Below are positions 27,861-37,789 of a stretch of 64,000 bases of DNA, piece by piece. Location of the stretch: NCBI GenBank assembly GCA_964462535.1, contig CAYWXV010000012.1:16601-80600 (forward strand), written 5' to 3'. The position numbers and the translations under genes were made by a program. Position 1 is the stretch's first letter; every line of letters starts with the position of its first letter. The notes beneath the pieces were generated by a model, which saw nothing but the letters and a program-made list of their open reading frames with translations, made no database searches and was not told the DNA's origin. Source of the DNA: an uncultured Alphaproteobacteria bacterium (GTDB lineage Bacteria > Bacteroidota > Ignavibacteria > OLB7).

Positions 27861-29072
27861 ATGAATCAGATCGCTACGAACAACACGCGCCTTGAAGGGC
27901 TCCGCAAACGGTCGTTGATCGCCGGGGGAGTCGGACTGATCCTTCTTGCCGTTGGTCTGGGACTCGGTGTCTCGGGCGACGAGGAGATGCTGACCCAGTT
28001 CTTCCGCTCGTACCTCTACGGCTACGTCTTCTGGCTGGGACTCCCCCTTGGCGCTCTGGGCATCCTCCTTCTGCACAACCTTGTAGGTGGTCCCTGGGGA
28101 TACGTTACACGTCGCGTCCTTCAGGCCGCGGTGAAGACCCTGCCGGTCATGGCGATCCTCTTCATTCCGATTGTCTTCGGAATGCATCACCTCTACGAAT
28201 GGACGCACGAGGCCGTCGTGGCCGCCGATCCGATTCTTCGTCATAAGGCCCCCTACCTGAATCAGAATGGATTCATCATGCGGGCGGCGATTTACTTCGT
28301 GATCTTCCTTCTCTTCGGGTTGAGCATCGTGAGAACGATGCAGAAACTCGAGGATCTGGGGGGGTCGGTGGTGACGCGACGTCTCCAGTCAGTCAGCGCA
28401 ATCGGGATCATCCTGATCTTCCTGGCAGGCACGTTTGCTGCGTTTGATTGGATGATGTCGCTGGAGCCCCATTGGTTCTCCACAGCCTACGGCCTTCTCT
28501 ACATGATTGGTGGCGGGTTGATGGCCTTCGCCTTCCTGATTGTCATGATGCGTCACCTGGGTGGGGTCGACACGGAGGTCGATTCAGCACTTCGTCCCGG
28601 CTACATGCATGATCTTGGAAACTTCATGTTTGCGTTCATGCTGTTGTGGGCCTATGTGTCCGTGTCGCAGTTCATCATTATCTGGGCCGGTAATCTTCCG
28701 GAAGAGACTCCGTGGTACCTCCATCGAACGGTCGGTGCATGGAAGTACTTCCCGATCGTCCTTGCCGTATTCCATTTCGCTGCACCGTTCGGACTCCTTC
28801 TTTCTCGCAAAGTGAAGCGGGACCGCGGCACACTTGCCCGCGTGGCAATTCTGATCATGATCATGCACGCGATCGATCTGTTCTGGTGGATCGCACCGTC
28901 GTTCCAGCATGGCGACGGCGGCGGGTTCCATGTCTCGTGGATGGACGTCGCAGCGTTGCTTGGCATTGGTGGAATCTGGCTGGCAATCTTTGCCGGCATC
29001 CTCGGTAAGGGGACTCTTCTCCCGGTGAACGTGGCCTATCCGAAGCAGGAAGTGGAGCATCAGCATGTCTAG
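27861..29072 (+). CDS. actF: Alternative complex III subunit F
   Basis: Polytopic membrane protein with LYEWTH, FDWMMSLEPHWFST, HDLGNFMFAF, SQFIIIWAGNLPEE and DLFWWIAP. Confidence 0.92.
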   Translation: MNQIATNNTRLEGLRKRSLIAGGVGLILLAVGLGLGVSGDEEMLTQFFRSYLYGYVFWLGLPLGALGILLLHNLVGGPWGYVTRRVLQAAVKTLPVMAILFIPIVFGMHHLYEWTHEAVVAADPILRHKAPYLNQNGFIMRAAIYFVIFLLFGLSIVRTMQKLEDLGGSVVTRRLQSVSAIGIILIFLAGTFAAFDWMMSLEPHWFSTAYGLLYMIGGGLMAFAFLIVMMRHLGGVDTEVDSALRPGYMHDLGNFMFAFMLLWAYVSVSQFIIIWAGNLPEETPWYLHRTVGAWKYFPIVLAVFHFAAPFGLLLSRKVKRDRGTLARVAILIMIMHAIDLFWWIAPSFQHGDGGGFHVSWMDVAALLGIGGIWLAIFAGILGKGTLLPVNVAYPKQEVEHQHV

Positions 29073-29571
29073 TCACAACGAACCGAACGATCCCAATCTG
29101 CACGAGAACTGGGATCACGAGCACGAGCGGCGCGACGTCAACGCGAAGTCGATCAACCGTTCGATGATCTATCTTCTGGTCGTCGTCCTTGGCTCGGCCT
29201 TCTTCGTAGTCTGGCTGTTCAATCAGTACGAGGGGATGGCGGAGAAGCGGGACGTGGCACGACCGCCAGTCGCCGACAGTCTGGAGATGCCTCCGTTTCC
29301 ACGTCTTCAGGCGAATCCTATGAAGAATCTTGCCGAGTTCCGCTCCCACGAGGATTCGGTGCTGAACAGCTACGGCGTGGCCGATAGCGGAATTGGTGCG
29401 GTACGTATTCCGATCGACCGGGCTATTGAAATAGTTGCAAGCCAGGGGAAGGTGCCGGCTATGCCGATGCCTCCTCCATCTGCCACTGCACCTCATGACA
29501 CGACGGTGAATGCACAGGGTACGACCAATGAAAACGGACAGAGCGCCACGCAGCAAGCGGGAGGCGCATAG
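29065..29571 (+). CDS. Single-TM protein, probable ActG-like subunit
   Basis: HERRDVN + TM + PPFPRLQANP...L.SYG.AD...VRIPIDRAIE; sits at the ActG position. Confidence 0.6.
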   Translation: MSSHNEPNDPNLHENWDHEHERRDVNAKSINRSMIYLLVVVLGSAFFVVWLFNQYEGMAEKRDVARPPVADSLEMPPFPRLQANPMKNLAEFRSHEDSVLNSYGVADSGIGAVRIPIDRAIEIVASQGKVPAMPMPPPSATAPHDTTVNAQGTTNENGQSATQQAGGA

Positions 29572-30376
29572 ACGGTTCGCCATTGCGGCGCTGATCGGGC
29601 TGGTTGCGTATGCGATGCCGGCAACGGCGCAGAATTCAGGTCCCGATCTTCAGAACGATGTAAGTATTGATCAGAACCTTGACGCTCAGATCCCACTCGA
29701 TCTGACGTTCAAGGACGAGGCCGGAAGGAGCGTCGCGCTTGGCGAGTATATGCGCGACAAACCGACGATCCTGGTTCTGGCCTACTACGAATGTCCGAAC
29801 CTCTGCACGCAGGTGCTGAACGGACTGGTCAAAGGGCTGCGTCCCGTCTCCTTCTCCGCCGGCGATGAATTCGATGTTGTCGTCGTCAGCATCAACCCGC
29901 GTGAGACGCCACAGCTGGCGGGGGAGAAGAAGGTTTCATACCTCCAATCGTACAAACGGGAGGGGGCGGAACAGGGGTGGCATTTCCTGGTGGGGGAGCA
30001 AAGCTCGATTGACATCCTTGCGCAGACGACCGGATTCCGGTATGTCTACGACCCCCGATCGAAGCAGTATGCGCATGGCGCGGCGATTATGATCGTTACG
30101 CCACAGGGGAGGATCTCCAAGTATTTCATGGGGATCGAATTCGCTCCGCGCGATCTGAAGCTCGGGTTGATGGAGGCCTCGCGGGAGAGGATCGGCAATC
30201 TTGCCGATCAGGTCCTGGTCCTCTGCTTCCAGTACGACCCTTCAACCGGCTCGTACAGCTTCATGACATTGCGGGCGATCCAGGCGGGTGGACTTCTGAC
30301 GCTGCTGGTCTTTGGTGTCTTCGTGATTCGTTCGATGCGACGAGACAAACGGAATCAACAACAGAACGAACGATAG
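29528..30376 (+). CDS. SCO family copper chaperone
   Basis: YYECPNLCTQVL (CxxxC), WHFL.G, YAHGAA and LCFQYDP. Confidence 0.9.
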   Translation: MKTDRAPRSKREAHRRFAIAALIGLVAYAMPATAQNSGPDLQNDVSIDQNLDAQIPLDLTFKDEAGRSVALGEYMRDKPTILVLAYYECPNLCTQVLNGLVKGLRPVSFSAGDEFDVVVVSINPRETPQLAGEKKVSYLQSYKREGAEQGWHFLVGEQSSIDILAQTTGFRYVYDPRSKQYAHGAAIMIVTPQGRISKYFMGIEFAPRDLKLGLMEASRERIGNLADQVLVLCFQYDPSTGSYSFMTLRAIQAGGLLTLLVFGVFVIRSMRRDKRNQQQNER

Positions 30377-30381
30377 CAGGT

Positions 30382-31311
30382 ATGTGGGACTTTCCCTTGA
30401 TGCCCGAGGCGGCCTCGACGGTAGCAGGTACCGTTGACGGCCTCTACTATTTCATCTCCGGGGTAACAGCCTTCTTCACACTCTTGATCGCCGGCCTTGT
30501 GGCCTTCTTTGCGATCAAGTACCGTCGTGGGGCAAAGGTCGACCGGACAAATCCAATCGCACCATCGATGGTGCTGGAGTCGATCTGGATCGGTGTTCCC
30601 CTGGTGATTGTAATGGTGATCTTTTTCTGGGGAGCCAAGGGGTTCTTCGATATCGAGCGTCCCCCAAAGCACGTGCAGGATATCTACTGTGTCGGCAAGC
30701 AGTGGATGTGGAAGTTCCAGCATACGAACGGCATGCGCGAGCTGAACGAGATCCACGTTCCGGTCGGTCAGGCATTCCGCGTGACGATGACATCGCAGGA
30801 CGTTCTCCACGACCTCTACATACCCGCCTTCCGTGTCAAACAGGACGTCCTCCCGGGAAAGGTGACACAGATCTGGTTTGAGGCGACGAAGACAGGCAAG
30901 TTCCATCTCTTCTGCGCCGAGTACTGCGGCACGCTCCACTCGGGAATGATCGGCACGGTTACAGTCATGGAGCCGGACGAGTATCAGCAGTGGCTTAGCG
31001 GTGGCGCAGGGAACGAGTCGATGGCATCACTTGGTGAGAAGGTCTTCAACCAGCAGGGTTGCATAACCTGCCACACAAAGCAGGGGAATCGCTGCCCAAC
31101 GCTGGATGGCCTGTATGGCAAGGAAGTTCGTCTCCGGGACGGGGGCACCGTCATCGCCGATGAAAACTACATCCTGGAGTCGATCCGCCAGCCGACGGCC
31201 AAGGTCGTAGCAGGATATCAGTCGATCATGCCGACGTTTCAGGGTCGAGTGACCGAGGAGGAGATGCTGCAGCTGGTGGCCTACATCAAGTCGCTCGGCG
31301 CTGCGAAATAG
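30382..31311 (+). CDS. coxB: Cytochrome c oxidase subunit II with C-terminal cytochrome c (caa3 type)
   Basis: QWMWKF, DVLHD, CuA motif CAEYCGTLHSGM, and heme c motif CITCH...MP. Confidence 0.95.
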   Translation: MWDFPLMPEAASTVAGTVDGLYYFISGVTAFFTLLIAGLVAFFAIKYRRGAKVDRTNPIAPSMVLESIWIGVPLVIVMVIFFWGAKGFFDIERPPKHVQDIYCVGKQWMWKFQHTNGMRELNEIHVPVGQAFRVTMTSQDVLHDLYIPAFRVKQDVLPGKVTQIWFEATKTGKFHLFCAEYCGTLHSGMIGTVTVMEPDEYQQWLSGGAGNESMASLGEKVFNQQGCITCHTKQGNRCPTLDGLYGKEVRLRDGGTVIADENYILESIRQPTAKVVAGYQSIMPTFQGRVTEEEMLQLVAYIKSLGAAK

Positions 31312-31399
31312 GAGCTGGGGGTTGCGCCGACCGGGCGGCGGGGATTGACGACACGCGGTTTGACAGGAAGAACAAAAGACACGCATACGGAATAGAGTA

Positions 31400-33103
31400 A
31401 TGAGCCAAGACGTACAGTCTCCAGTGATGAGCGAGGCGATTGCGGGTGCGTTCAAGGAGAACTACCTGAATGCCACGCATGGGCTGAAGTCGTGGTTGCT
31501 GACGGGCGACCACAAGCGAATCGCGATTCTCTACATCATCACGATGAGCTGCTTCTTCGCGTTGGGCGGCTTCTTCGCGATGTTGATCCGACTGGAATTG
31601 ATCACACCGGCCGGCGATCTGCTGCAGGCTGAGACCTACAACAAGGTCTTCACCATGCACGGTGTGGCGATGGTCTTCTTCTTCCTGATCCCATCGGTTC
31701 CCGCGACGCTTGGAAACTTCCTGGTCCCGATCATGATCGGCGCCCGCGACCTGGCAATGCCGAAGATCAACCTGCTGAGCTGGTACATCTTCGTCGTTGG
31801 AGGGCTCTTGACGCTTGCCGCAATCGTGGCCGGCGGCGTCGATACAGGTTGGACATTCTATGCGCCGTATAGCACGACGTACTCCAACAGTTACGTTCTG
31901 CTGACAGGGTTGGGGGTCTTCATTACCGGATTCAGTTCGATCCTCACGGGTTTGAACTTCATCGTGACGATCCACAAGATGCGCGCGCCGGGAATGACAT
32001 GGTTCCGACTCCCCCTCTTCATCTGGTCGAACTATGCGGCTGCCATCATCATGATCCTCGGAACCCCCGTGGTTGCGGTCGGCGTGCTGATGCTGGCTCT
32101 GGAGAGGACGTTCCATATCGGCGTCTTCGATCCGAACCTCGGTGGCGATCCGGTCCTCTTCCAGCACATCTTCTGGTTCTATTCCCATCCTGCCGTTTAC
32201 ATCATGATCCTTCCGTCAATGGGAGTGATCAGCGAATTGATTACGGCCTTCAGCAAACGAAAGGTCTTCGGGTACAAATTCGTCGCCTTCTCCAGTCTCG
32301 GTATCGCGATCATCGGCTTCTTCGTCTGGGGACATCATCTCTTCGTCTCCAGCCAATCAGCGTACGCCGGCATGGTCTTCTCGTTCCTGAGCTTCCTTGT
32401 CGCCATTCCTTCGGCGGTGAAGATCTTCAACTGGACGGCGACGATGCACAAGGGGTCGATCTCCTACGCGACGCCTATGATGTACGCGATGGGCTTCATG
32501 GGCCTCTTCTCGATCGGTGGTCTGACAGGGCTATTCTGCGCGGCGCTCTCGGTGGATGTCCACCTGCACGACACCTATTTCATCGTGGCACACTTCCATT
32601 ATGTGATGGTTGGTGGTGTCATCATGGCCTATTTGGGTGGCATGCACTACTGGTGGCCGAAGATGACGGGGAGACTCTATCCGGAAGGGTGGGGGAGGTT
32701 CTCGGCGATGCTCGTCTTCGTCGGTTTCAACCTGACCTTCTTCCCGCAGTTCCTGCTGGGCTATATGGGAATGCCGCGACGGTATCACGCGTATCCGCCC
32801 GAGTTCCAGGTGTTAAACGTGATGTCGTCCGCCGGTGCTGCGGTACTTGCCGCGGGCTACATCATGCCGCTGATCTACTTCATGTGGTCGCTCCGCAAAG
32901 GAAAGCCGGCCGCCGACAATCCGTGGGGCGCAACCGGGCTTGAGTGGCAGACAAGCTCGCCTCCACCAACGTTCAACTTTGACCACACGCCGGTTGTTAC
33001 GTCGGAGCCGTATGAGTACGACACGCTGAAGGTCGAGCAGGAGTTCGAGGATCAGCTGGAGAAAATCGAATCGGTTCGAACCAAAGGAGAGGTGAATGTC
33101 TGA
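31400..33103 (+). CDS. coxA: Cytochrome c oxidase subunit I, type A2
   Basis: [19 protein letters not shown] (A2 signature), WGHHLF and [12 protein letters not shown]. Confidence 0.96.
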   Translation: MSQDVQSPVMSEAIAGAFKENYLNATHGLKSWLLTGDHKRIAILYIITMSCFFALGGFFAMLIRLELITPAGDLLQAETYNKVFTMHGVAMVFFFLIPSVPATLGNFLVPIMIGARDLAMPKINLLSWYIFVVGGLLTLAAIVAGGVDTGWTFYAPYSTTYSNSYVLLTGLGVFITGFSSILTGLNFIVTIHKMRAPGMTWFRLPLFIWSNYAAAIIMILGTPVVAVGVLMLALERTFHIGVFDPNLGGDPVLFQHIFWFYSHPAVYIMILPSMGVISELITAFSKRKVFGYKFVAFSSLGIAIIGFFVWGHHLFVSSQSAYAGMVFSFLSFLVAIPSAVKIFNWTATMHKGSISYATPMMYAMGFMGLFSIGGLTGLFCAALSVDVHLHDTYFIVAHFHYVMVGGVIMAYLGGMHYWWPKMTGRLYPEGWGRFSAMLVFVGFNLTFFPQFLLGYMGMPRRYHAYPPEFQVLNVMSSAGAAVLAAGYIMPLIYFMWSLRKGKPAADNPWGATGLEWQTSSPPPTFNFDHTPVVTSEPYEYDTLKVEQEFEDQLEKIESVRTKGEVNV

Positions 33104-33779
33104 TCATCACGCATCTCATGCCGCGCACGTCGCGCACCAGTTCGACGATGCGAAGCAGCAGCAGGAGTCGTCAACGCTGGGGATGTGGGTGTTTCTGGTT
33201 ACCGAAATCATGTTTTTCGGTGGTCTCATACTCGCCTACACCGTCTATCGCGCCAGCGATACGTTCAATGCTGCGTTCCATCATGCCAGCCAGTCACTCG
33301 ACATCTGGTTGGGTGGGCTGAACACGTGTGTCCTGCTGGTGTCGAGTCTCACTATGGCTCTGGCCGTGCGGGCAGCTCAGACCGGTAAGAAGAATCAGCT
33401 GATCAGCTTCATCATCTTCACGATGATTCTTGGCGCCGCCTTCCTTGTAGTGAAGTACTTCGAGTACGCGCACAAGTTTGAGCATCACTGGGTGCCGGGA
33501 CCGTCATTTGCCTATCCGGAACCGAAGGCGGAGATGTTCTTCAATCTCTACTTCGCCCTGACAGGACTCCATGCCTTCCATATGATCATCGGTCTGGGAC
33601 TGATGTTCTGGTTGCTCAGACGATCTATGCGAGGAGATTTTTCGCCGGAGTACTACAATCCGGTCGAGATGGGTGGCCTCTACTGGCACTTCGTCGACAT
33701 CGTCTGGATTTTCCTCTTCCCGCTTCTCTATCTCATTGATCGCTCGGCGCCCGCAGTGGGCGCGGCGATGGGGCATTGA
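33096..33779 (+). CDS. coxC: Cytochrome c oxidase subunit III
   Basis: [26 protein letters not shown] and [19 protein letters not shown]. Confidence 0.95.
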   Translation: MSDHHASHAAHVAHQFDDAKQQQESSTLGMWVFLVTEIMFFGGLILAYTVYRASDTFNAAFHHASQSLDIWLGGLNTCVLLVSSLTMALAVRAAQTGKKNQLISFIIFTMILGAAFLVVKYFEYAHKFEHHWVPGPSFAYPEPKAEMFFNLYFALTGLHAFHMIIGLGLMFWLLRRSMRGDFSPEYYNPVEMGGLYWHFVDIVWIFLFPLLYLIDRSAPAVGAAMGH

Positions 33780-33813
33780 GAGTACGATCGATCAACATTA
33801 TCCATCAGCAATA

Positions 33814-34128
33814 ATGTCCGGACACGTCGCATCCCTCAAGTCGTACTATGGCGTCTTCGCCGCCCTGATGGTTCTGCTTGGCATTACCGTCTGGGTTGCC
33901 TTCCAACCGCTAGGCGCGTTCAACATCTGGGTGGCAATGGCAATCGCTGTCATCAAGATGACGCTGGTGATTCTTTACTTCATGCATGTGAAGTATGCAT
34001 ACAAGCTGGTCTGGATCGTCGTGATCGGGGGTTTTGTATGGCTGATCATTATGCTGGTTGGAACGTACATGGACTACCTGAGTCGACTTTGGATTCCGAT
34101 CGGCGGTCCGTCGGGGAGCATCCAGTAG
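33814..34128 (+). CDS. coxD: Cytochrome c oxidase subunit IV
   Basis: YYGVFAALMVLLGITV...IAVIKMTLVILYFMHVKY. Confidence 0.9.
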   Translation: MSGHVASLKSYYGVFAALMVLLGITVWVAFQPLGAFNIWVAMAIAVIKMTLVILYFMHVKYAYKLVWIVVIGGFVWLIIMLVGTYMDYLSRLWIPIGGPSGSIQ

Positions 34129-34264
34129 GGGGACGACTCGCCGACCGTGCTCCGAGAGAGTAGTCCTCTCCACTCAACACTTGATACCTGAACAATGGCT
34201 CCGTCGAATCGACGGGGCCATTCTATTTTCTGCCATGTCGATTGTCGCAGTCAGACCGATTCGG

Positions 34265-35323
34265 ATGTCACTCGTGGGGTCATGCCTCGCACTCTTCCTT
34301 GTCGTCGCATCGTGCGGTTACGGACAGGAAGACCGGGAGAAGGGGCGTTTCGGAATCGAGGCGCAATTCTACTTCTTCGATTCTACGATGTCGACCGACC
34401 GGGTCTGGAAATTCATGACGAGGAACGGTGGGTGGCGCACAAGTAATCCAATTGAGGTCGATCGCTACACGGCGCGCGGGGGCGTCGAAATGGTCTATTG
34501 CGACTCGAGTGCGATGCCGGGAGCGTTAATCGCAGGCGATATCGTCTTCGACTGGCGACCGGAGCAGATATTCCGCTTTCCCCGGTGCGACGGTGACGAC
34601 TCGGCGCAGAATTCCTCCGCCTTTGTCACTGCGATGGAGACCGAACAATCCGAGAGCGCGAACACGACCTGTTGGTTCGTGATAACGGGTCATCTTATCT
34701 ATCCGGTCACGGGGCTGCCGGACACCACACCGATCTTGAGAATCGATGTTCTCTACGAAGTGCCAAAGGGGATTTCCTATGTCGACTCGACAATGCCCGA
34801 TGCCAATGTTGCCCGTCCCGAAGGGGAGTCGGGGGACTCAGGCCTTACGGCAATTGCAGATCTGCATCGAACGGTGGACACGGAGCGTGACCATGAATTC
34901 CTCTACGCGACGCTTCTAGTGACGAAGGGAGATTTGCTTCGGGAGAATGCGTGCCTCCCCGACGCGGCCTATCGTCAGAAGGCAATTCCGCTGGATCTTT
35001 CGCGATGTGTTGGCTGTCGACCGGGGCCGTTGTATCCGGGCCAGATTTCGAGGAGAATGAATATCCGGGTCCACTGGTTGGGGGGAGAGGGGGTGGCGCT
35101 TCACGCGCTTGCGCTTCGGGACGATGCCGCGCAGCGGATACTGGGAATTGATAGCCTGTTCCGTGTCGGGCTTGTTGAATCGATCCGAAATTCAGATTGG
35201 GACGACTGCGGAGAAATCCGATCAACAGTTTATCGACGCGCCGCCACCATTCGGCCTGACAGTTTCGAATATGGTCCGTATGGTGTGATCGAAAGAATGC
35301 TGTTCGATGCCAGACGAAAGTGA
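34265..35323 (+). CDS. Hypothetical lipoprotein, Cys-containing
   Basis: Long ORF with possible lipobox VVASC; start uncertain (ORF track begins at 34181). Confidence 0.5.
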   Translation: MSLVGSCLALFLVVASCGYGQEDREKGRFGIEAQFYFFDSTMSTDRVWKFMTRNGGWRTSNPIEVDRYTARGGVEMVYCDSSAMPGALIAGDIVFDWRPEQIFRFPRCDGDDSAQNSSAFVTAMETEQSESANTTCWFVITGHLIYPVTGLPDTTPILRIDVLYEVPKGISYVDSTMPDANVARPEGESGDSGLTAIADLHRTVDTERDHEFLYATLLVTKGDLLRENACLPDAAYRQKAIPLDLSRCVGCRPGPLYPGQISRRMNIRVHWLGGEGVALHALALRDDAAQRILGIDSLFRVGLVESIRNSDWDDCGEIRSTVYRRAATIRPDSFEYGPYGVIERMLFDARRK

Positions 35324-35440
35324 TCGAGTGGTGAGGGAAGATTGACCACGGAGGTAGGGGAGGAGACGTGGAATGGGAGGACAACTCTTTGAACCGTTGA
35401 TGCAGATCTTCTTGCGGCCAAAAGCCCGCCAGAAAAAGAA

Positions 35441-35465
35441 AGGGGAGAGCACAACGCTCTCCCCT
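35441..35465. terminator. Intrinsic (likely bidirectional) terminator between convergent genes
   Basis: AGGGGAGAGC-acaac-GCTCTCCCCT, with an A-tract on the left and a T-rich tail on the right. Confidence 0.75.
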
Positions 35466-35496
35466 TATCTATTTCATCGTGCCGCGTCGGCGAGAT

Positions 35497-36411
35497 CTAG
35501 AGCTCGCTCTCCGCGGCATTGGTTGCCTTGGCAGTGGCGACCGCCGTTCCTTCGTTCAGTTCGATACCGTAGCTGGCAATCGCAGCAGCGGGGTAGTTAG
35601 GTGTCAGTTCGGCAAGCAGAGTCCCGCACAGGTTCTCTGTCGCGAACAGTCCCACCGTCACGCGATAGTTCAGCTTCCCGTCAACACGCTCCAACGTCAC
35701 AAATACATCCTCTCTTCCTTCCTCCACAAGACGGTGCTGCAGGGCGATTGCCCGGTCGTAGTCGGATCCCTCAAGCAGCGTTACGCTGTAGCCCTTCAGG
35801 GAAAAGGCGTTTCCATCGGTGTCAAAACTGATCGATTCATCGTCTTTCGGCAGCGAGAAGATCTGGGCACGCGTGCTTGCGGTGCCCCGTCCCTTCATGC
35901 CGAGCCTGCCGGCTGCTGCCTCCGAAAGGTCCAGAATCCTACCACCTGAGTAGGGCCCACGGTCGTTGACACGCACCAGGACGCTCCGTCCCGTCGCGAC
36001 GTCCGTCACCCGGATCAGGGTACCGAACGGCAGTGTCTTGTGGGCCGCCGTCATTTCGTTCTTGTCAAACCGCTCTCCACTGGCCGTCCGGCGTCCATGG
36101 AAGCCGGGTCCATACCAGCTTACACGTCCGGCAAGCGTTCGCGACGGTTGGACCTCGATCCTCTCCGTCGTCTCGACCGTCTCCTCCTCGTTCACTTTTG
36201 CAGTGTAGAGAGAGTCAACGTCTACTGCCGGAACCGTCGGAGTGTATCGCTTCGTCTCTGGGGTCTTTGGGTCGGATGCCAGGGCCGTCCAGGTGATGTA
36301 GGAACCGACTCCCAGCGCGCTCAGAACTCCGGCTACGAGAACGGCTATCACGAGCCGTCGGGGTCTCGAGACGGTGTTTTTCTGCGTTTTTCGACTCAAA
36401 CTGTCCTCCAC
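35497..36411 (-). CDS. rlpA: Septal ring lytic transglycosylase RlpA family protein (DPBB + SPOR)
   Basis: VSWYGPGFHGRRTASGERFD...TAAHKTLPFGT...VRVNDRGP...RILDLS, with a C-terminal SPOR-like domain. Confidence 0.92.
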   Translation of the reverse strand: MEDSLSRKTQKNTVSRPRRLVIAVLVAGVLSALGVGSYITWTALASDPKTPETKRYTPTVPAVDVDSLYTAKVNEEETVETTERIEVQPSRTLAGRVSWYGPGFHGRRTASGERFDKNEMTAAHKTLPFGTLIRVTDVATGRSVLVRVNDRGPYSGGRILDLSEAAAGRLGMKGRGTASTRAQIFSLPKDDESISFDTDGNAFSLKGYSVTLLEGSDYDRAIALQHRLVEEGREDVFVTLERVDGKLNYRVTVGLFATENLCGTLLAELTPNYPAAAIASYGIELNEGTAVATAKATNAAESEL

Positions 36412-36474
36412 ATAAGGTTCTACGGATCTTCATCAAGCCCTTCACAAAACCGCGTTGGGTACCGTGAAGGGGCG

Positions 36475-36482
36475 CAAAGATA
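36475..36482 (-). promoter_or_regulatory. Bacteroidota-type -7 box for rlpA
   Basis: TATCTTTG(CG) on the minus strand, 64 bp upstream of the rlpA start. Confidence 0.55.
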
Positions 36483-36505
36483 TGCCGCGACCCTATGCGG
36501 GGGGC

Positions 36506-37639
36506 TTAATTCTTGTTCATCGTTTTGTCGTAGATGCGGTACCGTTTGTAGAGCTCCGCATTGAGAAGTTCCGCTGCCCGATTCATCATGACGTTGTCCT
36601 CCAGGACCCACGACGCCTCCCCCTCGGAGTATCCGTGGCCCGCAGTCATGCGGGTGCCGACCTCGTAGTACAGAACGGCGTCGATCCCGCGACGCTGGAA
36701 GGGGGGAATAACGCCCAGAATCAGTATTCGACCACGGGTTATGTCCTTCTTGTGCCGGATCAGATTCCACAGCGCACCCAGGAGCCCGCCCCCCCGATTC
36801 CGTATGAGTGCCTGGTTGATGTCGGGGAGGGCAAGACCGAATCCGACCACCTCGCCAGCCCGCTCCACCAGGACCAGGAAGTCCTGGACCGCAACCTGTT
36901 TCAAATCGCCAACGACGAAGTCAAACTCCTCATCAGTCATCTTTACGAACCCCCAGTTCGGTTCCCACGCCTGATTGTAGATCCGCTTGACGTCTGCCAC
37001 ATCCCTCCGGAATGCATCCTTTGGTCTGAATTTCAGCGTTCTGATGGCCAACCCCTCCCGTTCCCGGACCGCCCTCTGGACCCGCTCCAACTTGGGTGTG
37101 ATGAACCCCTCTCGCGTCATCCGATACGCGAAAAGGTCGTGCGCCTTCCTGAGACCGTACGCTTCGATTAAGCGGCTGTAATACTTGGGATTGTAGGTCA
37201 TCAGGATCTGCGGGGGGTCGTCATACCCCTCCACCAGGAGTCCCACTTCGTCGTTCATCGATGGATTGACGGGGCCACGCATCACCTCCATGCCACGGGA
37301 CCGCAACCACTCCTCGGAGGTCCGCAGGAGTAACGAGGCTACCTCCTGGTCGTCGATCGATTCGAAGAAGCCAAAGAACCCGACCCTGTCGTTGTGTTCC
37401 CGGTTGTGATTGTGATTGACGATTGCCGCGATCCGTCCCACTGCCTTGCCGTCACGCCAGGCAACGAACATCTCCATCTCGGCGTGCCTGTAGAACGGAT
37501 TCTTCTTTCGATTGAGGAGTTTCTTCCGGTCGGCAATTACAGGCGGGACCCAGCACGGGTCGTCGCCATAGATAGCCCAGACCATCTTGATGAACGTTCG
37601 AAGATCGGAGCCATTCCGCACCGGCGTTACCGTAAGCAT
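36506..37639 (-). CDS. Stand-alone bacterial ceramide synthase-like GNAT acyltransferase (paralog of the fusion C-terminal domain)
   Basis: [46 protein letters not shown] and EASWVLEDN. Confidence 0.75.
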   Translation of the reverse strand: MLTVTPVRNGSDLRTFIKMVWAIYGDDPCWVPPVIADRKKLLNRKKNPFYRHAEMEMFVAWRDGKAVGRIAAIVNHNHNREHNDRVGFFGFFESIDDQEVASLLLRTSEEWLRSRGMEVMRGPVNPSMNDEVGLLVEGYDDPPQILMTYNPKYYSRLIEAYGLRKAHDLFAYRMTREGFITPKLERVQRAVREREGLAIRTLKFRPKDAFRRDVADVKRIYNQAWEPNWGFVKMTDEEFDFVVGDLKQVAVQDFLVLVERAGEVVGFGLALPDINQALIRNRGGGLLGALWNLIRHKKDITRGRILILGVIPPFQRRGIDAVLYYEVGTRMTAGHGYSEGEASWVLEDNVMMNRAAELLNAELYKRYRIYDKTMNKN

Positions 37640-37789
37640 GTACGTCCCCGTGAAGTCGCGATTGGGTTGGAGAGTGTCACGCGCTGATATCCAGAAATGT
37701 CATCCTGCACAATTGTGCCAACGCAGGGTGAATATCAGCGTGTTCCTTCAGGAGGAAGGAATCGAGGCATGAAATCGATTGGGAACCGG

